From assembly GCA_963924565.1 (NCBI GenBank), contig OZ004610.1:30194001-30258000 (forward strand): DNA of 64,000 bases, given 5' to 3'. The translations under genes and the position numbers were made by a program. Origin of the DNA: Ascidiella aspersa. Taxonomy: Eukaryota. Below, piece after piece: positions 39,269-55,910 of the stretch. The notes under the pieces were generated by a model. The model did no database searches. It was given only the letters and a program-made list of their open reading frames with translations, and was not told the origin of the DNA. The first letter of the stretch is position 1, and the number at the start of each line of letters is the position of its first letter.

Positions 39269-40427
39269 GACCTTTCCACAGTTGGTTTATTGCACTCTGT
39301 ACAAAGCTAAATAAACAGTACAAACAAAATACATAAAACTGCAACAATAACAAAAAACATCAACGGGACTGTAGAAAGCAAAGGGTTTCCAATGCATTTA
39401 TTGGAAAACAGAATTTAAAATTAATCACACATTTTATAGTTTTCCTTTTAACTTAAAACACTGTATTTAGTGTAGTACCGTATATGAAACTAATTGAGTT
39501 ATTACAGAAACACTTAAAAGCGCTATTGATTTATTGGTTACAATGCCACACCAAACACGTCAAATAAAACATAATTTGTTGCTGCCTTGAACCCAAGTGT
39601 GTGTTGCGCCGTCTGCTATACAAACTACCTAATGATGCCCTACGGCGATGTCGCTACTTGACTTCATTAAAACGGTTCGTTATACAGTGTACACACACTG
39701 CTACCTCAGCGCGAAAAAACACTCGAGAACAGGCAAACGCAGATGGTAAACAGATCTGATTGAGCCGTGTGATATCTTATCGTCAAATCGCTGATGGTAG
39801 GCTTATTTGGCGCCGGATGTACGCTAAATTGCAGCAAGTGCAAGTTCAGCTTAAACAAGGCTAGGGTGCGGTTCGGACTTTTCTTTTATGTACGTTCTTT
39901 GCATAGGCAGGGCGAGATTTTATGCCGCGCCGAGCGTACGGTTTGTTTTAGCGCCGTTTTCCTTCGTCACGCCACGAGACTTGGTTACGCACCACGTGTT
40001 TTGGCAAACAACATCACGTGACTGGTTTTGTATCAGCTGTTTGTTCCCGAGATCAAAACTGGAGAAATATAGTTACTGGAAGTGAAGTAACTTTAACGGT
40101 GAAAACCCAGTTTATTGGTTGTTTAAATTATTATTTGGTAATATATTTGTCCTTCATATAGTGGTTAATTAATACACCAGAAAAAATCTGATTGAAAGAC
40201 ATTGTATTTTGCAGCGTATCGACTTATTCAATGTGTGGTTTATGACGACAGATAAAATTGTTGGCGTTTGCAATTTAGCTTAATATACTATACACAGCCG
40301 TTCTACGCTGACGCTAAGTTTATGCGAACTGAAGCAAATCAAATGAATAGGAATCTATTTTATTTGTTTTGCTGTTCCATCTGTAAGAAGCGTTGTTTTG
40401 TACTCAAAAAGTGATGTCAAATTTGTC

Positions 40428-40630
40428 GGCGCTGGTCTAGAATCCTACCACAACGTTGAAATAATTATTAAGCAATGCATAATATGTGGGTTAGGGTGTC
40501 GGTTAGTGTTTGGGTGTGGGTAGGTCAAGTAATATTGTTTAACACTATTACTGGACTCACCCAAACCCAAACGCTAACCGGCACCCTAACCCAAATAATG
40601 TTCGTTGTGGTAGGATTCTAGACGAGCGCC
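40428..40630. mobile_element. Merlin-like MITE
   Basis: 28-bp TIR starting GG, perfect 8-bp TSD AATTTGTC, CCCAAACC/CCCTAACC internal motifs. Confidence 0.85.
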
Positions 40631-40752
40631 AATTTGTCTAGTCATGCTAATCCTTTTTATGTTAGCCAATTTAGATAGAAGTATTTTATAGGTTTTGTAT
40701 AACCAATGATTTTGCCAGTTCCATCAACTAAGTTGGATAAAAGCCTTCAACA

Positions 40753-43700
40753 ATGTACTCACCAACAGTAAGTTTTGTTTAGGAATAATTAAACATATTC
40801 CAACATATGTGCAGGTCTAAGGTGGTAACAGAAAACATTCTGAGGCGGTAACAAACCTGACTGCATACCATAACTTGTGGACACCAAAGATTTGGGCGCT
40901 CCTTCAGTTGTGCATGTAGAAATATATGCAAGCACATTGTTAGTGTTTGGGTGAGGGTGGGTCGAGTGTTATTATTAATTGACCCACCCTAACCCAAACC
41001 ATGTACATTGTGGTATGCTGTATTTTTTGTTTGTTTTTTTGCATAACTGAAGGAGCGCCAAGATTTGCGCCAAAAATTCTTTTATCTAAAATCCTATGTT
41101 AAACTAAGACAACGTATATGACAAGAAATGACTATTTTTTAATAAATTTACTAGGCTGTTGATATTTCACGCCAAATGGTCACTGACGTGATTTACGGCA
41201 GCATTCTATGCCAAAGATCTTTGGCGGGAAGGTACAGGAATGCAATCGGGGCAACAGAAAGCACTGCTTTAAAATGGAAAACATTTCTACTTAGGTTGGA
41301 ACGATTTACATTTTCAATCTAATTGTTGGAACTGGAGCACTAACTCTTCCAAAAGCTATGAGCTCAGCTGGTTGGCTTCTCAGTTTGATTCTTCTCTGTG
41401 TGTTAGGAACAATGAGGTATGTTGAAGCTATTAAAAGTTTAAGCCAATTAAATCTTGGAAGATGCTTTTTACCTGGACACTAAAGTAGTTTAAATTGGCA
41501 TATGTTCACTAACGGGCGCAATGGGCAGATAGCGTATGGGCACTTCCTCAGGCTATTTACACAGCTAACAAAGTAATTTAAATCTATTAAGAATAATGCA
41601 TAAAAGTTATGCAAACGGTGCAGTTTAAAATTAATTCTACCCCACCCAAACCCGAACGGGGACCCCAACCTTAACCTAAATCAATGCCTAATCACATATG
41701 CATAAGGATAAAAGTGGAAAAGAGCATTTTGGGCAAATAGCCACTTCCTAAATCTTTTACTTTACTTAAATAGACGTAATGGCAATTCAGTATAAAGCTA
41801 AAAACTTAACATCTGGTTTTTAATTTTTACTTTTCTAATCAATGTAGTTACATCACAACAACATTTGTTGTAGAGTCTCTCTCTATTGCAAATGCCTGTA
41901 TTCGCGAAAACAAGAAGGATTCAATTGACGAGGTTTTAGATTGTTATACTATTTATTATACCTCATGGTGGCAATATATGTTTATTTATGGTCATTTTGT
42001 TATATTAGGACACTGATGCAGCTGAAGGAATTGATTCTGAATACAGTGATAATGACTATTCCAAAAACACAAACGTGCGCATACGGACAAAAGATCATTC
42101 AGAGCAAACTCACTTGTTAGTTGATACTGCTCCATGTAAGAAAAGATAATATGAAAATAAATTTCATGTATTAATCTATTGATGTTACTTTCAAACATAC
42201 TGTGTTTATAATGTTAAAAAAAACGTTTTTTCCTCGTTTTAATAAAGTATTCTTTGTACTCGAAATGATGTCTTTCCCATAGAAAGTTAGCTATATTTTT
42301 CACCAATGTTTTCTACCTCATTTTAATATGTCTTTAAAGATTTAAGCCAGTGCTTCCCAACCAGTGGGTCGCACCCCATTGATGGGTCACAAAGCTATTT
42401 CAGGTGGGTTGCGAGGCATTTCTAAATATTACCGTTTTCTATTAGATCGGGAAATTATTGCATTATATTGTTATTTTTCTGATTAATTTGTTTTTCATTT
42501 GTTTGGTAATATCTCATTGTGGGTCGCACAATAAAACTTGCATTAAAAGTGGGTCGCGAACTGAAAAAGTTTGGGAAGCACTGATTTAAGCAATTATTTG
42601 ATGTATTTTGCAGCTACCGGTTATAGCAGAAGTCGATCACTTTCGCAAACTGACGAATTTGAAATCACACAAGCAGTGGAGATGGGTGGAATGGCCGACA
42701 TGTTTTTCAACAAAGGTAGCAAGCCGCCCAATTTAGTTTTAGTGATATGTTTGCTGTTTTTACCAAATACATACTGTAATACAAGGCAGATACTGGAAAA
42801 AGAATCTTAGTTAATTATTATTAGGCAACATTTATTTTTTAAGTGGTTAGGACTTAGAAGTGAATATAAAAGACCACAATAAGTATATTTTAAACTATTA
42901 CAAGTATTTATGTTACATTGGTGTAGGCATAGAATAACACAAAAACTTGTCTTCAAAACATCCCACTCATCCGAGGTACATCTTATTTCCTTTGCCCCTA
43001 ATTTTAGTTATATTTTAAGTTGGAAGAACGCTGTTCTACCTCTGCATTGCGATTTATCTCTATGGCGACTTGGCTATATATGCAGCTGCTGTACCAAAAT
43101 CGTTGAGAGACATTGTGTGGTAAGAAACAAAAATAATTTTAAAAAATTAAAAAAAATGTTTTTTTTGTTTGGCCCAGCTTCAAACTGTTTATTTGGATTA
43201 ACTAAGAGTTTTATTGCAAAAAATGTGTTTTTATCCAATTGTAAATTAGTAAACCTAATTGTTTTTGCTGTGCTCCCATATGTGATATTTATGTTTTTTT
43301 TTTATTTAAAACAAATTAATGAAAAAACAACCTATTGTTTATTTTAAAACTTTACTTTCAGCCAAAACATGTCATGTGCAGCAAACTCATCCGATCCGCC
43401 ATCGGACAATGATATTTGCTGGGGAAAAACTGTGACAAGAATGGATGTTTATAGAATATTTGTTGTAAGTGATACAATCAAAAAGTGTTTTAAGCAAACA
43501 AACAATATCACTTTCATTATCAAACCTTTGTAATAAAACATGATCCAACTGAAACAATTTGTTACAATGTGTTCACCAATTTTATTAAAAATAGTTGCTT
43601 ACTATACTGTCTGTTTTCAATTAATATAATCTATCAAAATTAGGCCATCTGAACTCTTTTAAATTAAGTTAGCACTTAAACGAAATAGTTCAACTGTTTT

Positions 43701-46700
43701 TAATGTTTCTTTGATAACTTGCCTTTCAATTGGCGCAATATATATTTTTTTATTTTTTAGGCTATTTTTGCTGTCGTCCTGGGCCCTTTTACCTACTTCA
43801 GTGTTCAGAAAACCAAGTATCTGCAAATCCTCACAACGCTGTGCCGTTGGATAGGTAAGCTGACTAACATAGTTATGATAATGATCAAAACCAGCTTCTC
43901 TGGTAATTGTATTTGTTAACCAACATTTCGGCAACCTATTCAAATAACCTTCGCCAGGGTGAATGACACTGAACGCTGTACTACGAGCGACGAGCGTGTA
44001 CTACGAGCGTTCGATGTCATTCACCCTGACGAAGGCGATTTAAATAAGTTGCCGAGACGTTGGTGAACAATTACAATTACCAGAGGAGATGTTATTTTGT
44101 GATTTTTATGACTAGGCCTGGTAGCAACAGTTTATATATAGTTGTTATGTGCCAGTGTATAATGTGCAAATTTTTATACTATATATTGTAAGCAGATGTG
44201 CCACACCAAAATTTGTATAAAGCATTTATGTCCTTAAACTAGGCCAAATTCTGTCCATATACAGACTGCATATCACGTTCAAGGGCGTCACAAAGGATAT
44301 TTCAACTAAAAAAATACATATTCTCCCCCTGATGTAATAAAGGAAAATTTTCCCATAAATGTCAGTAAATATTTAGACGAAATTAAAACTTAGTTGCTGT
44401 CAATCAGCGCTTTAAGAAATCTAACAAAAAACATTTAGTCAAGTTATTCCACAACCAGACTTATAATGATTTAAACAAAATTCTAATGAATTAAAAGTTC
44501 GTACCATGTGATCTCAAGATTTACTTTTAACAGCCGAACGCGCTTTCTAATACAAACAAAACAAAGCAAAGCTTTCGTGGTGGCATATCTGCTTGTCGGG
44601 AAGTTAGTGTTGATTTGCCTGGACATTATTGTCATCGCAGTGCTAGGTCAAATCTTATTTGGGCGATATTTCGAACGAATTTAAGGTTAAGTATCTATAC
44701 CTCGTCAGTTATACAAAACTCCTAGACTGGCCTCATTTTATAAAAAAAGGTCAGAAAGGGGTTTCAAACTTCTCTAAAAATCGATGTTTTACGTTTAAAA
44801 AAACACCTGAAATAAACACTTCACGAAAAATGCCGTTTTTTCTGCAGCCTTCATAACGATGATAGCCCTCGCCAGCGCTCACATGGCTCGCCAAGGTGCG
44901 ACTGCAAAACCACCGGTGGCCAACTTAGCCGGCGTTCCCAACCTCTTCGGCGTATCTGTGTACTCGTTCATGTGCCAGCACTCGCTACCGTCGCTGGTGA
45001 CTCCTATCCGTGAAAAACGCAACCTTTATAGGATTCTGGCCTCCGACTACCTCCTTATACTGCTCTTCTATGCGCTGCTTGGCTTCACCGCTGTTTTTTG
45101 CTTCTCCAGTGACGCCCTTATGGACGTCTACACCCTCAATTTTCAGGTAGGTTCGTTTTTTTTTCGCGAAATGAAACCGAAATGTGGTTTGTGTGCGATT
45201 CGCTTTGAAATGACAAGAGGGCGTTATAGACGAAGCGACTGTTCAATTCGATTTCATCTGTAAAGTACATTGGTTAAACAAGTGGTTCTCAAACTGGGGT
45301 CCGCGGTCCATTTGGGGTCCGCGAGACAATTTTCTGGGACCGCGAAGCACCAAAAATCAACTAGACCTCCTAAAGGAGAACATTTTAATTTCAACGTGTT
45401 TGCGCCTGTCATCAAAAGCTACGATTAGTTGTTCATTCACGTGATTGCATGCTTTGAGCTGGATTGTGCATTGTGACGTCATAATGATGCGTTGTGCTAA
45501 TAAGAATTACGTTTCTACAGCTTGCTGTGCTGCCATTTTGTGGGTTGTACGGTCGCGGTTTTAAAACTTATAGTGATGGTTTCACTCAAATAAAGTGATT
45601 TTGTGAGCGTTACAATACGGCATAGCCTACCTAAGACTGTAAGAGCACCCGTCCCATCAAAACGTGTTATTTTATGTTTATTTGTGTGTATTTTTCAGGG
45701 AACCGCGAGCAATTGAAAAAATTGCTAGGGGACCGTTGGGTAATTTTTTAGAAAAAGTTTGAGAACTACTGGGTTAAGCCAAGTCGTCTAAAAAATACCC
45801 TACGAACGCGCTTTGCAGGATAGAACTATCAGAGGAAGGAAAAAACTAAGTTAGTCAATTATAACGTAGCATTAAGACCGGGCCAAGAGGTTTCGCTACA
45901 AAAATAGCACAAGTACCTTGTACAATCGCCAGTAATGATTGTTTTTTTCACAAATTATGTCGTAGATAATGTTTATAGTCTGTTACATTATATATATTTT
46001 CTAAAATGTCGCAGATGTGTCTTAGTTTAGTCGTTTACAAAATTATTTATTTCTACAAATCTTGTCTACAAGATAACTAATCAAGGCACATTCTAAGAGT
46101 AAGTCATAATTTTTCAAAAAATATTTTATAACCCAGAATAGCACAAACACAACCTAAAATCAATGGAATAGTAATTAGTTATCTATATGTAAAAAAGTAC
46201 CGTTTGATCAAATAGATCAAATCTCTTTGATTCTAGATAGGAGTTTATAGTCTTGATTTCTATATATCAGTTTGTAGTCAAAAAGTATTTTCAATTTTTT
46301 ATACAATAGGCCTACATAATGCATTGCTCCTACAACTGATATTTCTACTGTATTACATTTAGGCTTATTGCAAGTTTCAACAATGAAATCCTTCTTTAAA
46401 AATTAATTTTGATTGTTGTCGCAGGATTCCTGTTACGTCACAGACGTCGCATTCCTCCGCTACTTTCTCGGCCTGTTTCCCGTTTTCACGCTTTCCACAA
46501 ACTTTCCCATTATCGCCGTTACCCTCCGAAACAACCTAAAGGTATATTTCGACCAAGTGCAATTTTTTACGTTTTTTTGAGAAAGGTTTTAGTTGTTTCT
46601 TGTTGAGTGGCATGACAGTGCCATCATTTGCGGAATATATATGTTTTGTATCTCCTTACTGAACATGACATTTTGGTCGCGCACCACCTTATAAATTGTT

Positions 46701-48589
46701 ACTTTTACTACCAACTGGTTTAAAAAATCTCTTTTGTTTAAGTTTCCTTTTAGTCGAAAATCACCAAATAAATTAACGAAATACCTTGCGCTAAAGGTGC
46801 ATGAAACTTAACAGCAAAGTACAGAGGAAGTTTTCTTTTAAAACTTCCTCTGACGAACCTCATAAAAAATCCCTCACGTACACCCGAGAAACGTGAACAG
46901 TTTGAAAGTTTATCGTTCAGTATTCCTAGAAGTGTAAAATATTCAAGTGTAAAATATTCATTTTATAGCATTACTCACTTATTCTCTCGCTAAGTGTACT
47001 ACATTTTTAACAACTCTTCTCTACACAGTTTTAACAACTCTTCTCTACACAAATCAAAATACGTTAACTTCCCTAAAATTCTTCCAAGGCCCTCTTCAAA
47101 GGCTGCAGCAGTTCGTTCGCGGCCGATCGCCTTCTTTTTCCCACCCTGGCCATAATACCGCCAGTGGCCGTCGCCTTTGCAACCAACGACCTCACCACCC
47201 TGGTTGGCATCACTGGGTCTTACGCAGGAGCTGGCATCCAGTACGTTGTGCCCGCTTGCCTTGTACTGATGGCGAGACGCGAGGCAAGCCGTGTTGTTTG
47301 CAGGTCGTCGGCAACCAGGAATCGCCTCAGGTAAAACTCGGGCACTTTTTTTGAGGGGATTGTCTCATGTTAATCGCAAGAGGCTGTGGATATAGAACAT
47401 CGTTGACTTGTTAGATTGACGAACTTTTCGGTTTTGTTTGTTAGTGCCATTAGCAGTGTCCACTGTGCAGACGTGGAAGCCTTATATGAGCACAGCATTT
47501 TGCCTAACCTCACCCCTAAGTACAACACCAAGTTTCCTGATAATCTCAACGCCAACTTATTTTCTACCCCTAACCACCAATAAGCCGAAACAGGCCAAAA
47601 AATCCGGTGGCAAACTAGGGCGCCCAAACGTAGACACCAAAACGGCCGATGCCAGACAGAAGGCACCCGATCGTCTCATCCCTACAGTTTCAGGCGTAAT
47701 TTTACATTTAGGCCTTATTCTGATGAATTTATGACCTATTCCGACAAGTATATGTTTTACTTAGGCCAGCGGTTCTCAACCAGTGGGCCATGACTCACTG
47801 GTGGGCCATAAGAACATTTGAGGTGGGCCACAGACCAATTTCAATAAGCTAGATTTAGTTTCATTTGTGTCACAATATTTAATTTTACAGGAATAATGGC
47901 TTGGGGAGGAATTAAAAAGGAATGTAAATTTATTGTTCAGCCGCAAGTATCTCACTAATGCACAGTTGAATAAATAATCTGTTTTGAAATAGGTTCTGCT
48001 GTATTTTGTTCTAAACCTATTTTAAAGGTTTTTCTTCCATAAAAATTCTATTGGGCCACAGATTTGTTTTGCAACGTAAATGGGCCATGAAAGAAAAAAG
48101 GTTGAGAACCACTGATTTAGGCGATTAAGTTCTTTTTTTTTGTTACTGCATATATGGTCGTTTAAAGTTTAAACTATACGACGTAGAACTAGTTTTATTC
48201 GTATGCTGTGACCCGACCGTCCTCAGAACTTGATCCAGAAGGTCGCAAGCTCGCAGCCATTCCTGTACATTTTGTTCCGCATTTTTTATGTATTTAATTA
48301 CTGTATATTTCAAACAGGTGTGTTATATTATTCTTCATCGACATACCAACGGTTATTAACGTATTGGCCTGGATTGTAAAATCCTTTCAAAAGAGTCATA
48401 TTTTTGCACCAGTACAAAGCTCACTTAATGACAAAGTTATTTTCTCTTTTTTCAGCTTAACTTTTTACCATACGTTTTTTTCGTTTCAGGTCGCCTTTCT
48501 CACGTCGTCTCTGGGTGTTCATGGTTCTCATTTGGGCGGCGATTTGTCTAATCTTTGTCACAACAAATCACATCTTGTCACTCACTTGA
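40753..48589 (+). CDS. TMEM104: Transmembrane protein 104 (amino-acid transporter-like), 12 coding exons
   Basis: Exons 40753-40767, 41295-41416, 41848-41932, 42009-42135, 42614-42715, 43020-43119, 43362-43464, 43761-43854, 44848-45146, 46425-46541, 47089-47330, 48490-48589; motifs FNLIVGTGALTLPKA, YLYGDLAIYAAAVP, VQKTKYLQ, YSFMCQHSLPSL, STNFPIIAVTLRNN, VGITGSYAGAGIQY. Confidence 0.95.
40895..41059. mobile_element. Merlin-like MITE
   Basis: TIR GGCGCTCCTTCAGTTGTGCA / TGCATAACTGAAGGAGCGCC; TSD AAGATTTG. Confidence 0.85.
41457..41748. mobile_element. Merlin-like MITE
   Basis: GGAAG...CTTCC ends with 8-bp TSD TAAATCTT; CCTTAACC motif. Confidence 0.65.
42348..42583. mobile_element. hAT MITE
   Basis: TIR CAGTGCTTCCCAA / TTGGGAAGCACTG; TSD ATTTAAGC. 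Confidence 0.88.
43870..44115. mobile_element. Family C foldback element in TMEM104 intron
   Basis: ~105-bp inverted arms (CTCTGGTAATTGTA..TTGTT / AACAATTACAATTACCAGAG), central TGTACTACGAGCG duplicated. Confidence 0.8.
44020..44067 (+). ncRNA. Hammerhead ribozyme motif, family C (GAAA to GAGA mutation); inverted partner at 43915-43962 on minus strand
   Basis: TTCACC-CTGACGA-A-GGCGATTT-aaat-AAGTTGCC-GAGA-C-GTT-GGTGAA; 6-bp stem I, 8-bp stem II including G-U pairs. Confidence 0.65.
44190..44594. mobile_element. MITE, unclassified
   Basis: TIR AAGCAGATGTGCCAC / GTGGCATATCTGCTT. Confidence 0.65.
45280..45771. mobile_element. hAT MITE
   Basis: AGTGGTTCTCAAACT / AGTTTGAGAACTACTG; TSD GGTTAAAC/GGTTAAGC. 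Confidence 0.78.
47767..48114. mobile_element. hAT MITE
   Basis: CAGCGGTTCTCAACC / GGTTGAGAACCACTG; TSD ACTTAGGC/ATTTAGGC. Confidence 0.85.
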
Positions 48590-49240
48590 ATAATTAATTA
48601 TATATTGCCACTACAGACTACAGTGCCACCCTTTTAACGTTTGAATTCCGCCCTAGGATCATTTAAATATACGCTCTGTGCCTCGCACTGTTGTTTTAAA
48701 CGAACGAGTTGTGGATGAAAAATTTTCGGTATGCAATTTTTAACGGGTGTGAGCGATTTTTAACGGGGTGAGCATTTTGTTTGTGCAGACATTGCAACAC
48801 TGTTTACAAACTTTACTTTGTTTTCTAAACCTTATTTATGTGCAATTTTAACTTTACATTCTCACATATAACGCGACGCAGCCTAATAGAACAACGTGTA
48901 AATTTCGAACAGTAGTTGCATCTCTGGTGAATATTTAGTTTGCCACATTGTGCCTTTTGTTTAAATGTTGCAGATTTCTTACACTGCTTTTGTTGGTCTA
49001 ATTTTATCTGGGACTTAAAGGGGAAATGTTGTTTCTTGTTTTTTTGCGGAAGAGTATTTATTTGTTATCCACGCCAGTACAACCTATCTAAGTTATTCGC
49101 TAATTAGCTCCCACTGATTTCGATTTTCAACATATACGCATTTCGCTTTCATATTTGCATTTAAATGTCAACTCACTTTTTACTGTAGTTGGTCAGCTTA
49201 AACTGTTATTCATATGAGTTTCTATTTATCCGAAATTAAC

Positions 49241-50085
49241 TTTACTATTCCATATTTTTATTTGATTGTTCAGTGAGCTTTATCCCGTTGATGTGACCTA
49301 CAAACGCACTCGTTGAAATTCTCAGAAGAATTGTATGTGCAATGTGCATTTTGGAATGCAGCATTTGGTTTTGATTACAAGAACAAAAATCTGATTTTGG
49401 TGATTTTACTTTACACGATTAAAATACGTATATATACTGACGACGTTCGACTAAGCTAAAAACAGTTGTTGTTACGGCAGCAGTCGTTTATTTACAAATC
49501 GAACAAAACATATATAGACAATGAAGATTGCAAGCTACTCTAAAACACAAGGTTCACGAGTTATAAGTTTATAACCCATAAATCTTTGTTTCTCAACCTA
49601 TGGATCGCGACCCAAAATGGAGTCGCAGTTTGATTTGGTTCCGTTGCTGACTGCGCTTGTTTTATACTTGAACTTTATATGACTGTTTCCGATAAAATAT
49701 GTCCAATGATAATTGAACAACAAATCCTGAAGCTATACCAATACGTGCCTCATATTAATTAAATTAGAATTTTACCATTCCATATTTTTATTTAATTGTT
49801 CGTTGTAGCTTTATCCCGGTGATGTGACCTACAAACGCACTCGTTGAAATTCAAGAATTGTATGTGCAATGTGCATTTTGGAATGCAGCATTTGGTTTTG
49901 ATTACAAGAAAAAAAAAATCTGATTTGGGTAATTTTACTTTTTAGGATTAAATATACGTAGCCTACTGCGACGAAAGTTGTTGCGGCAGCAGTCGTTTAT
50001 TTCCAAATAAAAAAAACATATATAGACAATAAAGATGACAAGTACGTTACATTAAAATACAAAGTTAACATAGTAGAGGTTTATA
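49241..50085. repeat. ~300-bp direct duplication of the TMEM104 3' end region
   Basis: GATGTGACCTACAAACGCACTCGTTGAAATT..GATTAAA at ~49290 and ~49821. Confidence 0.88.
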
Positions 50086-50122
50086 CCCCCTTTATTGGGT
50101 CGCCTACTGCAGTAGTTTTATA

Positions 50123-50683
50123 CAGGGAGTCGAACCGTTTGACTTTTCCGATTCAGTTCGGTTCGGGTTCAAGATTTTTTTCGGAATCCGGTTCAGTTCC
50201 GGTTTCGGTTCGGAGGAATTTAAAAGTTCCGGTTCAGCTCCGGTTTAACCATCGCTATTTCAAAACCGGTTCATAAAGTTCCGGTTCAGATATAATATAA
50301 TTTGCGTTAAATCTCAAAATGTGGGTTGATAAATGTAGAGAATAATCTTTGAATTGTAAGTCATTTAATCGAAGTTCCGTGACTTAATTAAAAAAACAGC
50401 AACTCAATATTGAAATATCTAAAAAATAAAAAATCAACGATTTTTTCATTCAATATTCATATTTTTTTCATAAAATTTCGAGCATGGCGTAACTTGACTC
50501 AAACCGCTTTTGTTTACAGGTTCGGGTTCGGTTAAGGTTCAGGTACTTTCAAATTATTCGGTTCAGTTCCGGTTCGGCTCCTTAAAATCTTATAAAAACC
50601 GGTTCAGGTTCGGTTACGGTTTGGAAAAAATTGACCCAAAACCGGTTCATAAAGTTCCGGTTCGGTTCCGGTTCGACTCCCTG
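50123..50683. mobile_element. hAT non-autonomous element with many CGGTTC subterminal repeats
   Basis: TIR CAGGGAGTCGAACCG / CGGTTCGACTCCCTG; perfect TSD GTTTTATA. Confidence 0.9.
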
Positions 50684-51140
50684 GTTTTATATGGTTCAAT
50701 TTGTTAAGATTGGTTCTTAACAAATTTTCTGAGTAATAATAATTTTCAAAATACGCGGAAGCAATATGAATACGTGCCTCATATTAATTAAATTACAACT
50801 TATAAATGCTAATGTCTTATGTTTTGCTCGCTTACAAAAATCTCAGTGAAGAAAATTGGTTCGCCAAAGTTTCTCTCTTACATACTTACGCTTAGTATTT
50901 GGGTCGCAACGATTATTATATAATATACAAGCCGATGAATTATGTAAGATTGCATTTGAAGATTTGGGCAAAACCTTTGCAGTTAAAACAATCAGGAGCA
51001 AACATTCGCATGTAAGTAAAATTAGTTTTCTTTCTTGTTGTTAGTTTTGATGAATGCCAATGGATAATATCTCGTGTTGTTTATCGGTCTTTATATTTTA
51101 ACTGGCACATACAGGGCACCAAAGTCTTAAGTGCTTAGGG

Positions 51141-51582
51141 CAGGGGTGTCCAACAAGCGGTACGCGTGCCAAATGTGGAAGGCGACCTATTGAAAAATGG
51201 CACGCAAGCCCCCCTAAATTACTTAATTTTTTATTCAGCCAATTGTCAAAAAATACTTATTTTTTTATACAGTAAATTGTCATTGTTTATTCACAATATA
51301 AAACAATCGCGACAACTAACAATTACTTCTAATACTATAACATTATATTGTAGTGGAGGCTAGCATTCACATAACTATAAAGTTTGGTGTGAAGAAACAA
51401 AAAGCCAAAGACAGCTCACCGACGGACACTTAGATGCAGTTATGCGCACTGTTACTACACGTTTTTATTATTTGTAAAAAAACGCTTTTATTATTAGAAA
51501 GAATTAGTTTCTAAACTTTGGAACGGAAAGAAGTAATAGGATAAAAATTGGCAAGCCGGCATGTTTGAGTTTGACACCCCTG
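51141..51582. mobile_element. hAT MITE, apparently nested in an older small element (~51112-51616)
   Basis: CAGGGGTGTCCAAC / TTTGACACCCCTG; perfect TSD GCTTAGGG. Confidence 0.85.
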
Positions 51583-51634
51583 GCTTAGGGCCCCTAAAAT
51601 ACAAGATCCGGCCCGGCAAGTATATAGCCACGTC

Positions 51635-55716
<4,082 letters not shown>

Positions 55717-55774
55717 TTTGCTATGCTATCGCGTTGCTGTTCACCAGCTAACTGACTCCGTGCGTGTTTTGGCG

Positions 55775-55910
55775 CCGCTATATATGCCAGCTAGCTCGCG
55801 GTGAAATTTTCTAATCTTGCTTTGCGTCGCGTGTAGTCTACAAGTCTCAGAACCAATTTACCGCGCGTTTTGCGGGTGGGAAATTACCTGCTCAAATTTT
55901 ACAATCTTGC
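55775..55910 (-). promoter_or_regulatory. Putative ficolin promoter (TATA-like box and kappaB-like site)
   Basis: Minus-strand TATATAG ~65 nt upstream of the ATG; GGGAAATTACC at 55878-55888. Confidence 0.4.

Noticed and set aside
39629-39655. CTAATGA-T-GCC-ctac-GGC-GA hammerhead-like string
   Set aside because: G5 and GAAA both missing; may be chance.
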